From a virus (lineage: Duplodnaviria; Caudoviricetes), in IMG/VR virus record IMGVR_UViG_3300031861_000003, positions 1-60,463 of that record: 60,463 bases of DNA, one strand, 5' to 3'. Below the pieces are notes generated by a model, which was not told the DNA's origin, searched no databases, and worked only from the letters and a program-made list of their open reading frames with translations. Below, one piece after another: positions 50,051 to 58,961 of this stretch. The translations under genes were made by a program, and so were the position numbers. The number at the start of each line of letters is the position of its first letter. Position 1 is the stretch's first letter.

Positions 50051-50079
50051 TTGACTTTTTACAATATATGTGTTACATT
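50051..50079 (+). promoter_or_regulatory. Sigma70-type promoter, probably leaderless transcript
   Basis: TTGACT-17 nt-TACATT with TG extension, then ATATAC and ATG at 50086. Confidence 0.7.
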
Positions 50080-50085
50080 ATATAC

Positions 50086-50304
50086 ATGGAAGAAAAAGAT
50101 ACATACCCTAGCTGGAAATACAAAAACGCAAATCACTTTGAAAGTCTTAACTTAGAACCAAAATTGGTTGTTAAAAAAGTTAAGATAGGCTCTAATAAGG
50201 GAAAGTGGTATTACAAGAAATATCGTAATAAAGAAATTTCAGAGTATTATGAGACTCATATTGAGGCTTTAGACGAGGCGACAAGAAGTGCAGAAATCAT
50301 TTAA
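50086..50304 (+). CDS. Small hypothetical protein (start revised to MEEKD)
   Basis: In-frame ATG 6 nt after the -10 box. Confidence 0.6.
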   Translation: MEEKDTYPSWKYKNANHFESLNLEPKLVVKKVKIGSNKGKWYYKKYRNKEISEYYETHIEALDEATRSAEII

Positions 50305-50362
50305 TGGATAAAATAATTCTATTCGATGCACCTTCTCCTACTTACTTTGTCGAGGAGGCGCC

Positions 50363-50686
50363 TTGATTTTGAGTACAAAAATAAAGCCAGAAATTCAGAA
50401 CTTTATATTACAATACGTTGAAATACTCTATAAAGATGTTTTAACAATGAATGATGGAACGGATCCTCCGATTCCATATCAAATTATTATTCTACCAGAT
50501 GATTTAAAAGAAATGTGGATCATGGATAATACAACCAAGAAAATGATAAGAATTTATACAGGAATGGAGGTATTAATAACAGATGCTCCAGATGAAGAAG
50601 GATATGTTAAAATAGTTTCAGATAATATACCACGAGGCTATGCAGAGATTCCTTTAAAATACATTAAACAGATAGGTTATAACTAA
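50363..50686 (+). CDS. Hypothetical protein
   Basis: GAGGAGG RBS; CTACTTA late motif just upstream. Confidence 0.6.
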   Translation: MILSTKIKPEIQNFILQYVEILYKDVLTMNDGTDPPIPYQIIILPDDLKEMWIMDNTTKKMIRIYTGMEVLITDAPDEEGYVKIVSDNIPRGYAEIPLKYIKQIGYN

Positions 50687-50714
50687 ACAAGACTAGTTAT
50701 TGTTGGAGGCCCAA

Positions 50715-51062
50715 ATGAACAAAAAACAAATTAAAGAATTAGTTATTGAGGCAAACCAGGAACTCTTATCTGAAAGATATCCTCAATACGGTGATGAACA
50801 GGCAGCGGAGATCAAACAAGACATAACCAAGTTTGATAAGTATAGTAGCCAAACCTACCAGTTACTTCAACAATTACAAAGAGATATCGTAGCTGATTAC
50901 CAAGCAGGAAATGTCACAGAAATTCAATTAGAGTATATAATGACAACTGTATTGCCAAACATTTCACAGCAAGTACAATATACTCACCAAATGTTAGATG
51001 CAATGAAAACCCAAGGCGTAAAGCATGTAGATTCTCGGGATTTTAATCCTTATGAAGAATAA
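50715..51062 (+). CDS. Hypothetical protein, possible head-internal protein
   Basis: ACTAGTTA (50692-50699), GGAGG, ATG at 50715; leader MNKKQIKELVIEANQELLSE. Confidence 0.65.
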   Translation: MNKKQIKELVIEANQELLSERYPQYGDEQAAEIKQDITKFDKYSSQTYQLLQQLQRDIVADYQAGNVTEIQLEYIMTTVLPNISQQVQYTHQMLDAMKTQGVKHVDSRDFNPYEE

Positions 51063-51064
51063 AG

Positions 51065-51526
51065 ATGTGGTTAACTGGAAATGGGAAAAAGATATCATTT
51101 GAAGAAGTTGTTAGTATCACTAAAGAATATTCTAAAAAGGGTGCTAATGTATATATTGGGTGTGATAGCCAAAAAAGCAGGACAGACTGTGTGTTTGCTA
51201 GCAGCATCTGTCTACACGGAGCCAGAGAACAAGCGGGCGGAATTTACTTTTACAAACGAAACAGCAAACTTGCAGATAAATTTCCAACTATAATGCTTCG
51301 TGTTCTTCACGAGGTAGAAATGACAATAGAACTTGGAAACTTGCTTACAGAAGAAATACCAGACATTAACATTGAGTTACATCTGGATATTAACCCAAAA
51401 GAAGGTGCATATACTAATAAGTTTGTTAACATGCTAACGGGCTATACCAGGGGTTCTGGATTTAAATATAAACTCAAGCCTGAATCTTGGGCTTCCTCTT
51501 CGGTCGCGGATAAACATTCCAAATGA
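51065..51526 (+). CDS. RNase H-like YkuK/DUF458 family protein
   Basis: VYIGCDSQ, LHEVE, ELHLDIN, KPESWASSSVAD. Confidence 0.8.
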   Translation: MWLTGNGKKISFEEVVSITKEYSKKGANVYIGCDSQKSRTDCVFASSICLHGAREQAGGIYFYKRNSKLADKFPTIMLRVLHEVEMTIELGNLLTEEIPDINIELHLDINPKEGAYTNKFVNMLTGYTRGSGFKYKLKPESWASSSVADKHSK

Positions 51527-51747
51527 AATTAATCGGAGAAGAATTAAAAGAAAAGTTTAAAGTGGGAGATATAGTATATACAAAACCTCTTATAAGGGAT
51601 AAATTCGTAACGGGAGTTATTCTGAAAATATACGATGCTGAAATGGCTAACAAATTATTACCAGCAGCAACGATCTATCTCTTCGAAGATAAAGTTACTA
51701 GAGACTATTTATTAGAGGTACTGCGCATCAAGGAACAAGAAGCATGA
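51523..51747 (+). CDS. Small SH3/KOW-like protein
   Basis: FKVGDIV...GVILKI pattern. Confidence 0.55.
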   Translation: MKLIGEELKEKFKVGDIVYTKPLIRDKFVTGVILKIYDAEMANKLLPAATIYLFEDKVTRDYLLEVLRIKEQEA

Positions 51748-52763
51748 ATAATCAAGATTTTAAAAAACTTCTCAGAGAAAGTATAGAAGCAAGAAAAGAG
51801 AAAGAACTTGAAGAGGGTTTTTTCGCCAATAAGCTTGAACAATTAATTGGGAAAGCCATCGATTGGGTGGATGATAACGCAGTAAAAACAGATTCAAGAA
51901 ATATTGATGATCCTAGTAGGTTCAAAGATAAAGAAGATAGAACATTACAAGTGATACATGTATTTCGAAAAGTAGTCAAGAAGGAAGCAAAAAAGCAAAT
52001 TAGTGATTTTAATAAAGATAAAGAAGAAGAAAAACAAATGAAGAAAACTGAAAAAGAAATTAATTATATATCCCAAGTTATAGCTATGAATATATTTGAA
52101 ACCCTAAAAGAAAGTCCAAATGCAAATCCTAAAGAAATACAAGAAATTGCAAAAAAGGAAATTTCTAATTGGCTAGATATACCAGTTAAAAAAGATGACA
52201 ACGATTCCGAAGAGGAGAATAATGATGATTTGCCCTCAGGCGATGGGGAGGTGGAAGACCCAAATGCAAATGCTTCTGATGATTTTTTAGATCCCAAAGT
52301 TAATGCAGCATCAATTACAAAACAAATTAATAGATGGCTACGCTCACAAATTTATGTATTAACAAGATCTAATGCGGGAAAAGAATCAAAAAAAGAATCA
52401 ATTAAATTTATTCAAAATTTAAATATTATTTTAAAGAAAGATAATCCAGAAATTTTTAAACAATTTCTAGTAGCCACATTTAAAAAACATCGCACAAGAG
52501 GTGCTACAAAAACAAGATCAGGAGGCAGCGGATCCTGGATTGTTAATCATCCCGGAAATTTAGATAGATTAAGTTTAAACAACTTTAAAAAAATAATGGA
52601 ATACTTATTAAAAAATACAAAAATGAAGCCAATTTTTAATGCAGTTGACTCCCTAGAAGAATCCAAAAAAAGTTTGTCACACTCGCGCCTTCATGAATCT
52701 CATCAAAAAGAAAGAGATGAAGAAATATACAACAAACTAATGAAAAGACTAAACAACCAATGA
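51744..52763 (+). CDS. Hypothetical protein, possible head-internal protein
   Basis: Leader FKKLLRESIE..ELEEG; acidic linker; C-terminal IYNKLMKRL. Confidence 0.65.
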   Translation: MNNQDFKKLLRESIEARKEKELEEGFFANKLEQLIGKAIDWVDDNAVKTDSRNIDDPSRFKDKEDRTLQVIHVFRKVVKKEAKKQISDFNKDKEEEKQMKKTEKEINYISQVIAMNIFETLKESPNANPKEIQEIAKKEISNWLDIPVKKDDNDSEEENNDDLPSGDGEVEDPNANASDDFLDPKVNAASITKQINRWLRSQIYVLTRSNAGKESKKESIKFIQNLNIILKKDNPEIFKQFLVATFKKHRTRGATKTRSGGSGSWIVNHPGNLDRLSLNNFKKIMEYLLKNTKMKPIFNAVDSLEESKKSLSHSRLHESHQKERDEEIYNKLMKRLNNQ

Positions 52764-53245
52764 AAATAACAAATAACTCACATATGCAAAGATTCGAGGA
52801 GTTACAAGAACTACTAAAAGAGTTCTGTCCTTTCGCAAAAGAAAAAATGGGCTTTTCAAATTATCCCTCGAATATAACTTTCCAAGACGATGCAGAGAAC
52901 GCATCAAACATGTTAGGAAAAACAGCACATTATGATCCAGCATCCAGCAGTATTACTGTATTTGTGACAAACCGTCATCCAAAAGATATTTTAAAGTCAA
53001 TATCCCATGAACTCGTACATCACGTACAGAATGAACGCGGAGAGTTCAGTAGAGATATGGAAATGGGTGAAGGATACGCTCAGAAAGATGATCATCTCAA
53101 TTTAATGGAGAAAGAAGCATACACAGAAGGTTGTATGATATTTCGAGAGTTTGAAGACACGAAAAAAACAACAGGTCTACAAGAAGCCTTCAACAGAAGA
53201 GGTGTCAGGCTGTATGATAGATTAATGAAAAGATTACTTAGATAA
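52760..53245 (+). CDS. HExxH metallopeptidase-fold protein
   Basis: RHPKDILKSISHELVHHVQ ... MEKEAY; C-terminal LYDRLMKRL. Confidence 0.75.
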   Translation: MKITNNSHMQRFEELQELLKEFCPFAKEKMGFSNYPSNITFQDDAENASNMLGKTAHYDPASSSITVFVTNRHPKDILKSISHELVHHVQNERGEFSRDMEMGEGYAQKDDHLNLMEKEAYTEGCMIFREFEDTKKTTGLQEAFNRRGVRLYDRLMKRLLR

Positions 53246-53257
53246 GGAGAAATATAA

Positions 53258-54775
53258 ATGATCACCGATCTAAGCCCTAATAATCATACTTTTACTGAAG
53301 TGGGTTCTCCTATTTTAGAAGAAACTAATGGCCCTCATGGAAATCCGGTTTACTGGTATGATGGTGCTTCCTCTTTTGAAATAAGTGACTTTACTAAATT
53401 ACCAGAATTTACAATTTCTTTTTGGGTGTCTATTGATTCTCCTCCACAGGGATATAACGTTGGAAATGTAGGTTTCCCACATTATAGAGCAGGTATTGTA
53501 TATTATAGCTCAGGATATGATGGGTGGGGAATGTATGTTCATACGGTTAATAGTACTTATCAGGTTTTTAAAACATCTATAAGTAGCCCGCCCATCTCTA
53601 GATACGAACAAACAATATTAGATTATGATGCAGCAGCCCCTGGCTGGTATTATATAACAACAACATATAATAACCAAGGATCCGGAGGAACACTAACTTC
53701 ATATGTAAATGGTCAACAAGTTATACAAAATTCACATTATATTGTTAATTCAAACCAACAAACTCCAACAAACTTATTATCCATTGGAAATTATGGCGAC
53801 AACACTGGGGAGAATTACATTGGTTATATCTCGGAAGTATTAATTTTAAATAAAGAACTCAATTCAATTGAGGTTACAAATATATACAATTCTCAATTGT
53901 CTAACGGAGAAACCTTAACAGAAGTCGGACTCAATAACTTACCATTTGCAGCATCAAATGTTGAGTTGTGGACTAAAGAAGAAGTAGATGATATTACGGG
54001 CCCGGTTATAACTTTAAACGGCGGAAACACGATAACAATAGAACAAAATTCAACCTGGAATGATCCCGGTGCTACAGCATTGGATGCAGTTGACGGTGCA
54101 GTTTCAGTATCAATTTTCCCGGAGTATATTGATACTTCTATAATTGGTCCAGAAACTATCTCATATATTGCTTCAGACAACACTGGTAATGAAACAATTA
54201 TCTATAGAGAATTAATTATAGAAGCACCAGTGGCCTTTGATAAGGGCGATAAACCTCCTTTACTAAATTCAGATTTTATAATAAATACACACAAATTGGT
54301 AAATCATGAATCCTCTACCGCTTCACAAAGAGCAGTTCCATTTGCGGGGTCTTCAAAAACATCTTCCAACATCAGAAAAGCTGAAAATATATATTCAAGA
54401 GAAGATAAAAACATTCGAGAAATAAAAGAAGCCCTTAAGTTAAAGGATAGACAACCAGAAATATATAAACGCAAACATAAGCTAACAGAGTCGACAATCA
54501 ATTCAAAACATACTAAGGTGAAATTACAAGAAGCTATTAAAAACAAAAATATAAAAATAGTTTATAATGATATTGTGGGAGATCTAGGCTCTACTTATAG
54601 TACTTCTCTTTTAAGTGAATTTTCTGAAGAATTAGAAAGATTAGATTATTTATTAGACTCTAAAACAATCAGAGAAGATATAAGAGATGCGATAGTCGAA
54701 GGAGATGGAATTGCACCGTTTGAAGATATATCAGCAATTGAATCAATAGTTTTAAACGCAAGATCTAATAACTAA
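53258..54775 (+). CDS. LamG + Ig-like (DUF5011-type) domain protein, probable virion surface protein
   Basis: FTISFWV, WYYITTT, YVNG, GYISEV; GPVITLNG..W.DPGATALDAVDG..ISYIASDNTGN. Confidence 0.75.
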   Translation: MITDLSPNNHTFTEVGSPILEETNGPHGNPVYWYDGASSFEISDFTKLPEFTISFWVSIDSPPQGYNVGNVGFPHYRAGIVYYSSGYDGWGMYVHTVNSTYQVFKTSISSPPISRYEQTILDYDAAAPGWYYITTTYNNQGSGGTLTSYVNGQQVIQNSHYIVNSNQQTPTNLLSIGNYGDNTGENYIGYISEVLILNKELNSIEVTNIYNSQLSNGETLTEVGLNNLPFAASNVELWTKEEVDDITGPVITLNGGNTITIEQNSTWNDPGATALDAVDGAVSVSIFPEYIDTSIIGPETISYIASDNTGNETIIYRELIIEAPVAFDKGDKPPLLNSDFIINTHKLVNHESSTASQRAVPFAGSSKTSSNIRKAENIYSREDKNIREIKEALKLKDRQPEIYKRKHKLTESTINSKHTKVKLQEAIKNKNIKIVYNDIVGDLGSTYSTSLLSEFSEELERLDYLLDSKTIREDIRDAIVEGDGIAPFEDISAIESIVLNARSNN

Positions 54776-54795
54776 TACCATAAACGAAAAAACAA

Positions 54796-54803
54796 ACTAT
54801 TTA
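54796..54803 (+). promoter_or_regulatory. Putative late promoter ACTATTTA
   Basis: Intergenic, upstream of AGGAG RBS and ATG 54831. Confidence 0.65.
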
Positions 54804-54830
54804 TAGTATTAGACCTAAAAGGAGTTAATT

Positions 54831-55217
54831 ATGGCTAGTCCAAGAAAAAGAAGAGAAAGAAAGGCAGCAAGACTTGCTGCGCAACAAGCAGCAGAACAAG
54901 CTAAACAAGCTAGGCTACAACCAGTAGTCGCTGAAACGCCTGCTCAAAGCAATGAAACAGTAAAGGCTGTACAAATTGAACAAGCAGTTGAAGCTGTTAA
55001 AACTATCGAGGCCGAAAGAGAAGAAAGAATCAATAAGGCCCAGCAAGAAAGAATTAGACAGCAAATCCAGGCATCAGAACAAGAATTAAAGGAGAGAGAG
55101 ACACTAATCACTAGTGCTCGCAGATTAGATGAAGAAACAAAAACTAAAACAACTAGCAAAGCCGCTAAGAAAGTCACTAAGAAGACCACTACGAAAAAGG
55201 TTAAGAGTGAAGAATAA
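54831..55217 (+). CDS. Ala/Gln/Glu coiled-coil protein with basic termini
   Basis: MASPRKRRERK start; KTKTTSKAAKKVTKKTTTKKVK tail. Confidence 0.7.
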   Translation: MASPRKRRERKAARLAAQQAAEQAKQARLQPVVAETPAQSNETVKAVQIEQAVEAVKTIEAEREERINKAQQERIRQQIQASEQELKERETLITSARRLDEETKTKTTSKAAKKVTKKTTTKKVKSEE

Positions 55218-55220
55218 ATA

Positions 55221-55475
55221 ATGCCTAATCTTATGAACATGACAAGAAAGTTTCTTTTAGGAGAATGGACTCAAAATGCCAGTCCTGCTTCACACCTTCA
55301 GGGTTTAAAGGAAGTACTACAAAATATGCGTCCTCGGACCTTATCTGAAAAGAGAAGGCTTGAGGTTGCTATGGGTCACCTAAGAGAAATAAGAAGAAGT
55401 CATAAAAGATTAGAAGAAAAGTTGCACATTCTTGAAGAACAGGTTAAGATAATAGAAGAACAGAAGGGAGATTAA
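55221..55475 (+). CDS. Hypothetical coiled-coil protein
   Basis: 84 aa, operonic spacing. Confidence 0.65.
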   Translation: MPNLMNMTRKFLLGEWTQNASPASHLQGLKEVLQNMRPRTLSEKRRLEVAMGHLREIRRSHKRLEEKLHILEEQVKIIEEQKGD

Positions 55476-55476
55476 A

Positions 55477-57636
55477 ATGGGTGGTGTTGGCGGTCACATG
55501 ATGCACCTATATGATAATCCTCTTCTCACATTTAGTGAGATGAGAGAAATCTTTGATCTCGCCGCAGCAGGAGCCCTTAAGGGAACAGAAAAGACAGATG
55601 GTCAAAATCTGTTTATTTCCTATTCTATTAAAGATGGCAAAGCTAAAGCTGCTAGAAACAAGTCAAATATCAAAGCAGGTGGTTTAACCGCCACTGAGCT
55701 AGCTGAAAAGTTCGCTGGTCGAGGATCCTTAGAAAAAACATTTGTTGAATCTTTTGAAGCCTTTGAAAGAGTTGCTCAACGCCTAAGACCAGAACAGCAA
55801 GAGAACATATTTGGACCAGACACTAATATTTATTATAGTGCAGAGGTTTTGGATCCTCGAAGTGTAAATGTCATCAGTTATGATACAAAATCACTAGTAA
55901 TCCATAGATCTGCTTCAGAATTTGATAGAAATACAGGAAACCCTACAGATAGGGATGTAAGCGGCAACATTACCTTCCTCTCAGACGCCCTAGAGAACGA
56001 GCAAGAGAATATGGCGGAAGATGACTATGGAGTGCAGTTGGACGCCATACAAGACCTACAGGAGTTCCTAGATCAAGAGTTCTTGCAAGAAACACAATCG
56101 AGGCTAACAGATCTACTAAAAGAACAGAGTATTTCAGATGATCAAACAATTTTAGACTTTATGATCTCCAAAATAAAGAAAACTCTCTATAATGAATATA
56201 ATTTAACGGAGAACATTTCAAGAGAAGTCTTGAAATACATTATTACATCAAATTCAATAATTAAAGATAAGTATAATATCTCCAGAAGAGCCTCTAAGAA
56301 CAATATTGTAAAACTAGCCCAGAATCCCGAAGAGGCTAAAAATGCAACCGAGGCGATGAATAACACAAAAGAAATAATGTCAGATTCACTAATGGGATTA
56401 GAAGACATAGTGCATGACTTTTCAGTAGAAGCGGTGAAGGGCCTAAGAAGCTTATTCATTTTAGATGATAAGCAAGAAAAAGAAATGCTTCGCTTAAGAA
56501 GAGAGACAGAAAGAGCAATAACAGCAATCGAGAACTCTGGTAATGAAGAGGCGATGTTTATTCTCCAGAAACAAATGAAAAAGCTGAAATCATTAGAAAA
56601 TATTAATACAGCCTCAGAAGGTTTTGTTTTTGACTATGATGGTAGCACTTATAAATTTACAGGCAACTTCGCCCCGATGAATCAACTACTTGGTTTATTC
56701 AAATATGGCAGAGGCTCAGTTCCTCCGCTAGAAAAACTAGATGAATTCTCTATTAATGATGATCCGGGATATACTATGCCACAAAAGAAGAAAGATCTTG
56801 TTGTTGTATACCCAGGAAGGTTTCAACCAATGGGAAAACATCACGCCGCTGCATTTAGCGGATTACAAAGAGAATTCGGAGAAAATAATGTATATGTTGT
56901 TTCTTCCAATGTGGTTTCTCCACCAAAATCTCCATTTAATTTTGAAGAGAAGAAAAAGATTATAATGGCTCATGGAATTCCAGAGGATAGGATAATACAA
57001 GCTAGAAATCCGTATGCACCGGTAGAATTGTTATCCAGCCTCTCGCCAGACACTGTTGTTTTATTCGCAGTAGGTGATAAGGATATGAGAGAGAGTCCAA
57101 GATTTAGGGTTGGCCTTAAAAAGAACGGAGAACCTTCTTATTTTAGACACTATAGAAATAATATAGATAATCTTGAGTCCTATGAAAAACATGGTTATTT
57201 AACAGTATTACCACACCAATCACTTGATGTTGAGGGATATGGTGAAATGAGTGGCACAACTCTCAGAAAAGTCCTCGCAGGTGCAGATAAACAAACCTTT
57301 GAAAATATCATGGGTTTCTTCAACGAAGAAATTTATAATCTAATGAAAGAGAAATTAGTAAGTGAGGTTAGAGAATCATTCTCGCTCCCTTTTTTGGATG
57401 CTCTGGTTGAAGAAGTATTAAATGAAGTCCATTCAGAGAAACAAAGAAGGTGGGCTTGCTCGCAAATGGAAGAACCAAGGGAACTCACCAAAGCACAAGC
57501 AAAAGAAATGTGTTATTCTAAGGATTTGGAAGAAGAGGAAGAGCTTGAAGAAATGTCATCTATGGGAGCAGGATCCGTAGAGGGTTATTCCGGCTCGACT
57601 AAAAAGAAGAAGCCACAAAGTATTATACGCCAGTAA
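55477..57636 (+). CDS. Fusion of a ligase-type nucleotidyltransferase domain and a HIGH-superfamily cytidylyltransferase/NMNAT-like domain
   Basis: TEKTDGQN (KxDG), ARNK, SAEV, SEGFVF, YKFTG; then YPGRFQPMGKHH, SPFNFEEK, MSGTTLR. Confidence 0.75.
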   Translation: MGGVGGHMMHLYDNPLLTFSEMREIFDLAAAGALKGTEKTDGQNLFISYSIKDGKAKAARNKSNIKAGGLTATELAEKFAGRGSLEKTFVESFEAFERVAQRLRPEQQENIFGPDTNIYYSAEVLDPRSVNVISYDTKSLVIHRSASEFDRNTGNPTDRDVSGNITFLSDALENEQENMAEDDYGVQLDAIQDLQEFLDQEFLQETQSRLTDLLKEQSISDDQTILDFMISKIKKTLYNEYNLTENISREVLKYIITSNSIIKDKYNISRRASKNNIVKLAQNPEEAKNATEAMNNTKEIMSDSLMGLEDIVHDFSVEAVKGLRSLFILDDKQEKEMLRLRRETERAITAIENSGNEEAMFILQKQMKKLKSLENINTASEGFVFDYDGSTYKFTGNFAPMNQLLGLFKYGRGSVPPLEKLDEFSINDDPGYTMPQKKKDLVVVYPGRFQPMGKHHAAAFSGLQREFGENNVYVVSSNVVSPPKSPFNFEEKKKIIMAHGIPEDRIIQARNPYAPVELLSSLSPDTVVLFAVGDKDMRESPRFRVGLKKNGEPSYFRHYRNNIDNLESYEKHGYLTVLPHQSLDVEGYGEMSGTTLRKVLAGADKQTFENIMGFFNEEIYNLMKEKLVSEVRESFSLPFLDALVEEVLNEVHSEKQRRWACSQMEEPRELTKAQAKEMCYSKDLEEEEELEEMSSMGAGSVEGYSGSTKKKKPQSIIRQ

Positions 57637-57650
57637 AACAAAAAACACAC

Positions 57651-57658
57651 ACTATTTA
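57651..57658 (+). promoter_or_regulatory. Putative late promoter ACTATTTA
   Basis: Intergenic, upstream of ORF 57688. Confidence 0.65.
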
Positions 57659-57687
57659 CTAGAAAAGGGTTAAAAGGAACAATCAAA

Positions 57688-58575
57688 ATGATTAATAGAG
57701 AAGAATTTATTGGAGAACAGCTTTTAAGAGAAGCAATCCAAAAACTTATTAAAAAGAAGAAGAGTAAGAGTATTCAAGAAGAGAAATCACTTCGTAAAGC
57801 AATCAGAGGCTTATTAAGAGAAGAAACAGCAAAGAAAACAATCTATCCCTATACTTCTCTTAATGTTCTCTCCGATTTCATCAAAAATCAAGTTTATAAA
57901 CCAACTTCCAACTTTAAATCGGCATATATGACGCTATCTTCAAGTAAAGAAGATCGGGAAAGGTTCCTACAACATATTCTAGATCTTTCGAGAGAAGACA
58001 TGAAAAGAATGGATATGAATATGGAGCCCCTCAAGGATCCTTCTAAAATGGAGAAAGATCAAGCAGATAAAGATGAGTTAGAAGCAACTCCAGAAGAGGA
58101 AGTCAACAAAGACGAACCTATTATAGTCACCATGCAAGATCTTGACTCAAAAGGAGGCATGGTTGGTGATGAAGATGAAGAACCAATCGGAATTCCCGGA
58201 GAAGAGAATTTACAAGAAGATGATGAAGAACCAGTATCTGATCCAGACAATCGCGCAGAAAGAGATGCAGTTAGAAACTACGCTAACGAGACTTATAAGG
58301 GTTTCGGCTCTTCTTTGAGAACATATTACGAGAAAGTTCCAGACAACATTGTAAAAGTCAATGTCGAGGGCGAAGAAAGACAAATATCAGAAAAAGAATT
58401 GTTCTCTCTTTATCTCGAAAAGAATCTAATTGCTCATTCACAGATGGCAGAGCAATATATGGATTCAGAGAGTACTCTCACAACAGATGTCCCTGACGCT
58501 GATTCTAGCGCAGGAGATTTAGAGGCTGATACAGAAGAAGCCTCGGGTATTGAAGACTTAGACTTGGATATCTAG
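57688..58575 (+). CDS. Acidic hypothetical protein, possible head-internal/scaffold-like
   Basis: Repeated LLREAIQKLI / LRKAIRGLLREE leader; D/E-rich linkers. Confidence 0.65.
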   Translation: MINREEFIGEQLLREAIQKLIKKKKSKSIQEEKSLRKAIRGLLREETAKKTIYPYTSLNVLSDFIKNQVYKPTSNFKSAYMTLSSSKEDRERFLQHILDLSREDMKRMDMNMEPLKDPSKMEKDQADKDELEATPEEEVNKDEPIIVTMQDLDSKGGMVGDEDEEPIGIPGEENLQEDDEEPVSDPDNRAERDAVRNYANETYKGFGSSLRTYYEKVPDNIVKVNVEGEERQISEKELFSLYLEKNLIAHSQMAEQYMDSESTLTTDVPDADSSAGDLEADTEEASGIEDLDLDI

Positions 58576-58961
58576 TGCCGAAGCGCCTAAAGTGGGAAAA
58601 GAAGCGTAAAAACACCAGGAAAGACCGGGGTGTTAATAAAAGCTATAGTATTCTCAACAAACTTCGCAAAGAAGGCAAAACAACAGAAGAGTTTGAGGTA
58701 ATGATGAATAACCTCTCACTTGAAGAACTTCTAGCCGCAAAATTAGAGCTAGCAACGAAACCAATGAACCATAGACTTTATGGGTTCAATGTTTGGTATG
58801 TAATGAAGCCAGTACTCGACTCAGCGCTGCTCATCTATGCTATGTCTGCTACTAGAACGAAAAGAGAAGCTATGAAATTTCTAGGCTTTAATAACTCAGA
58901 AGATTTTAACAAACTACTTAAGAAGTACAAGATTAAAGAAGTTTTTGAAGAAGATACTTGA
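58575..58961 (+). CDS. Protein with C-terminal Fis-type helix-turn-helix
   Basis: ALLIYAMSATRTKREAMKFLGF....FNKLLKKY resembles the Fis/HTH_8 pattern. Confidence 0.6.
   Translation: MPKRLKWEKKRKNTRKDRGVNKSYSILNKLRKEGKTTEEFEVMMNNLSLEELLAAKLELATKPMNHRLYGFNVWYVMKPVLDSALLIYAMSATRTKREAMKFLGFNNSEDFNKLLKKYKIKEVFEEDT

Noticed and set aside
49907-50155. 82-aa ORF
   Set aside because: Overlaps the clear tRNA-Ala and a promoter
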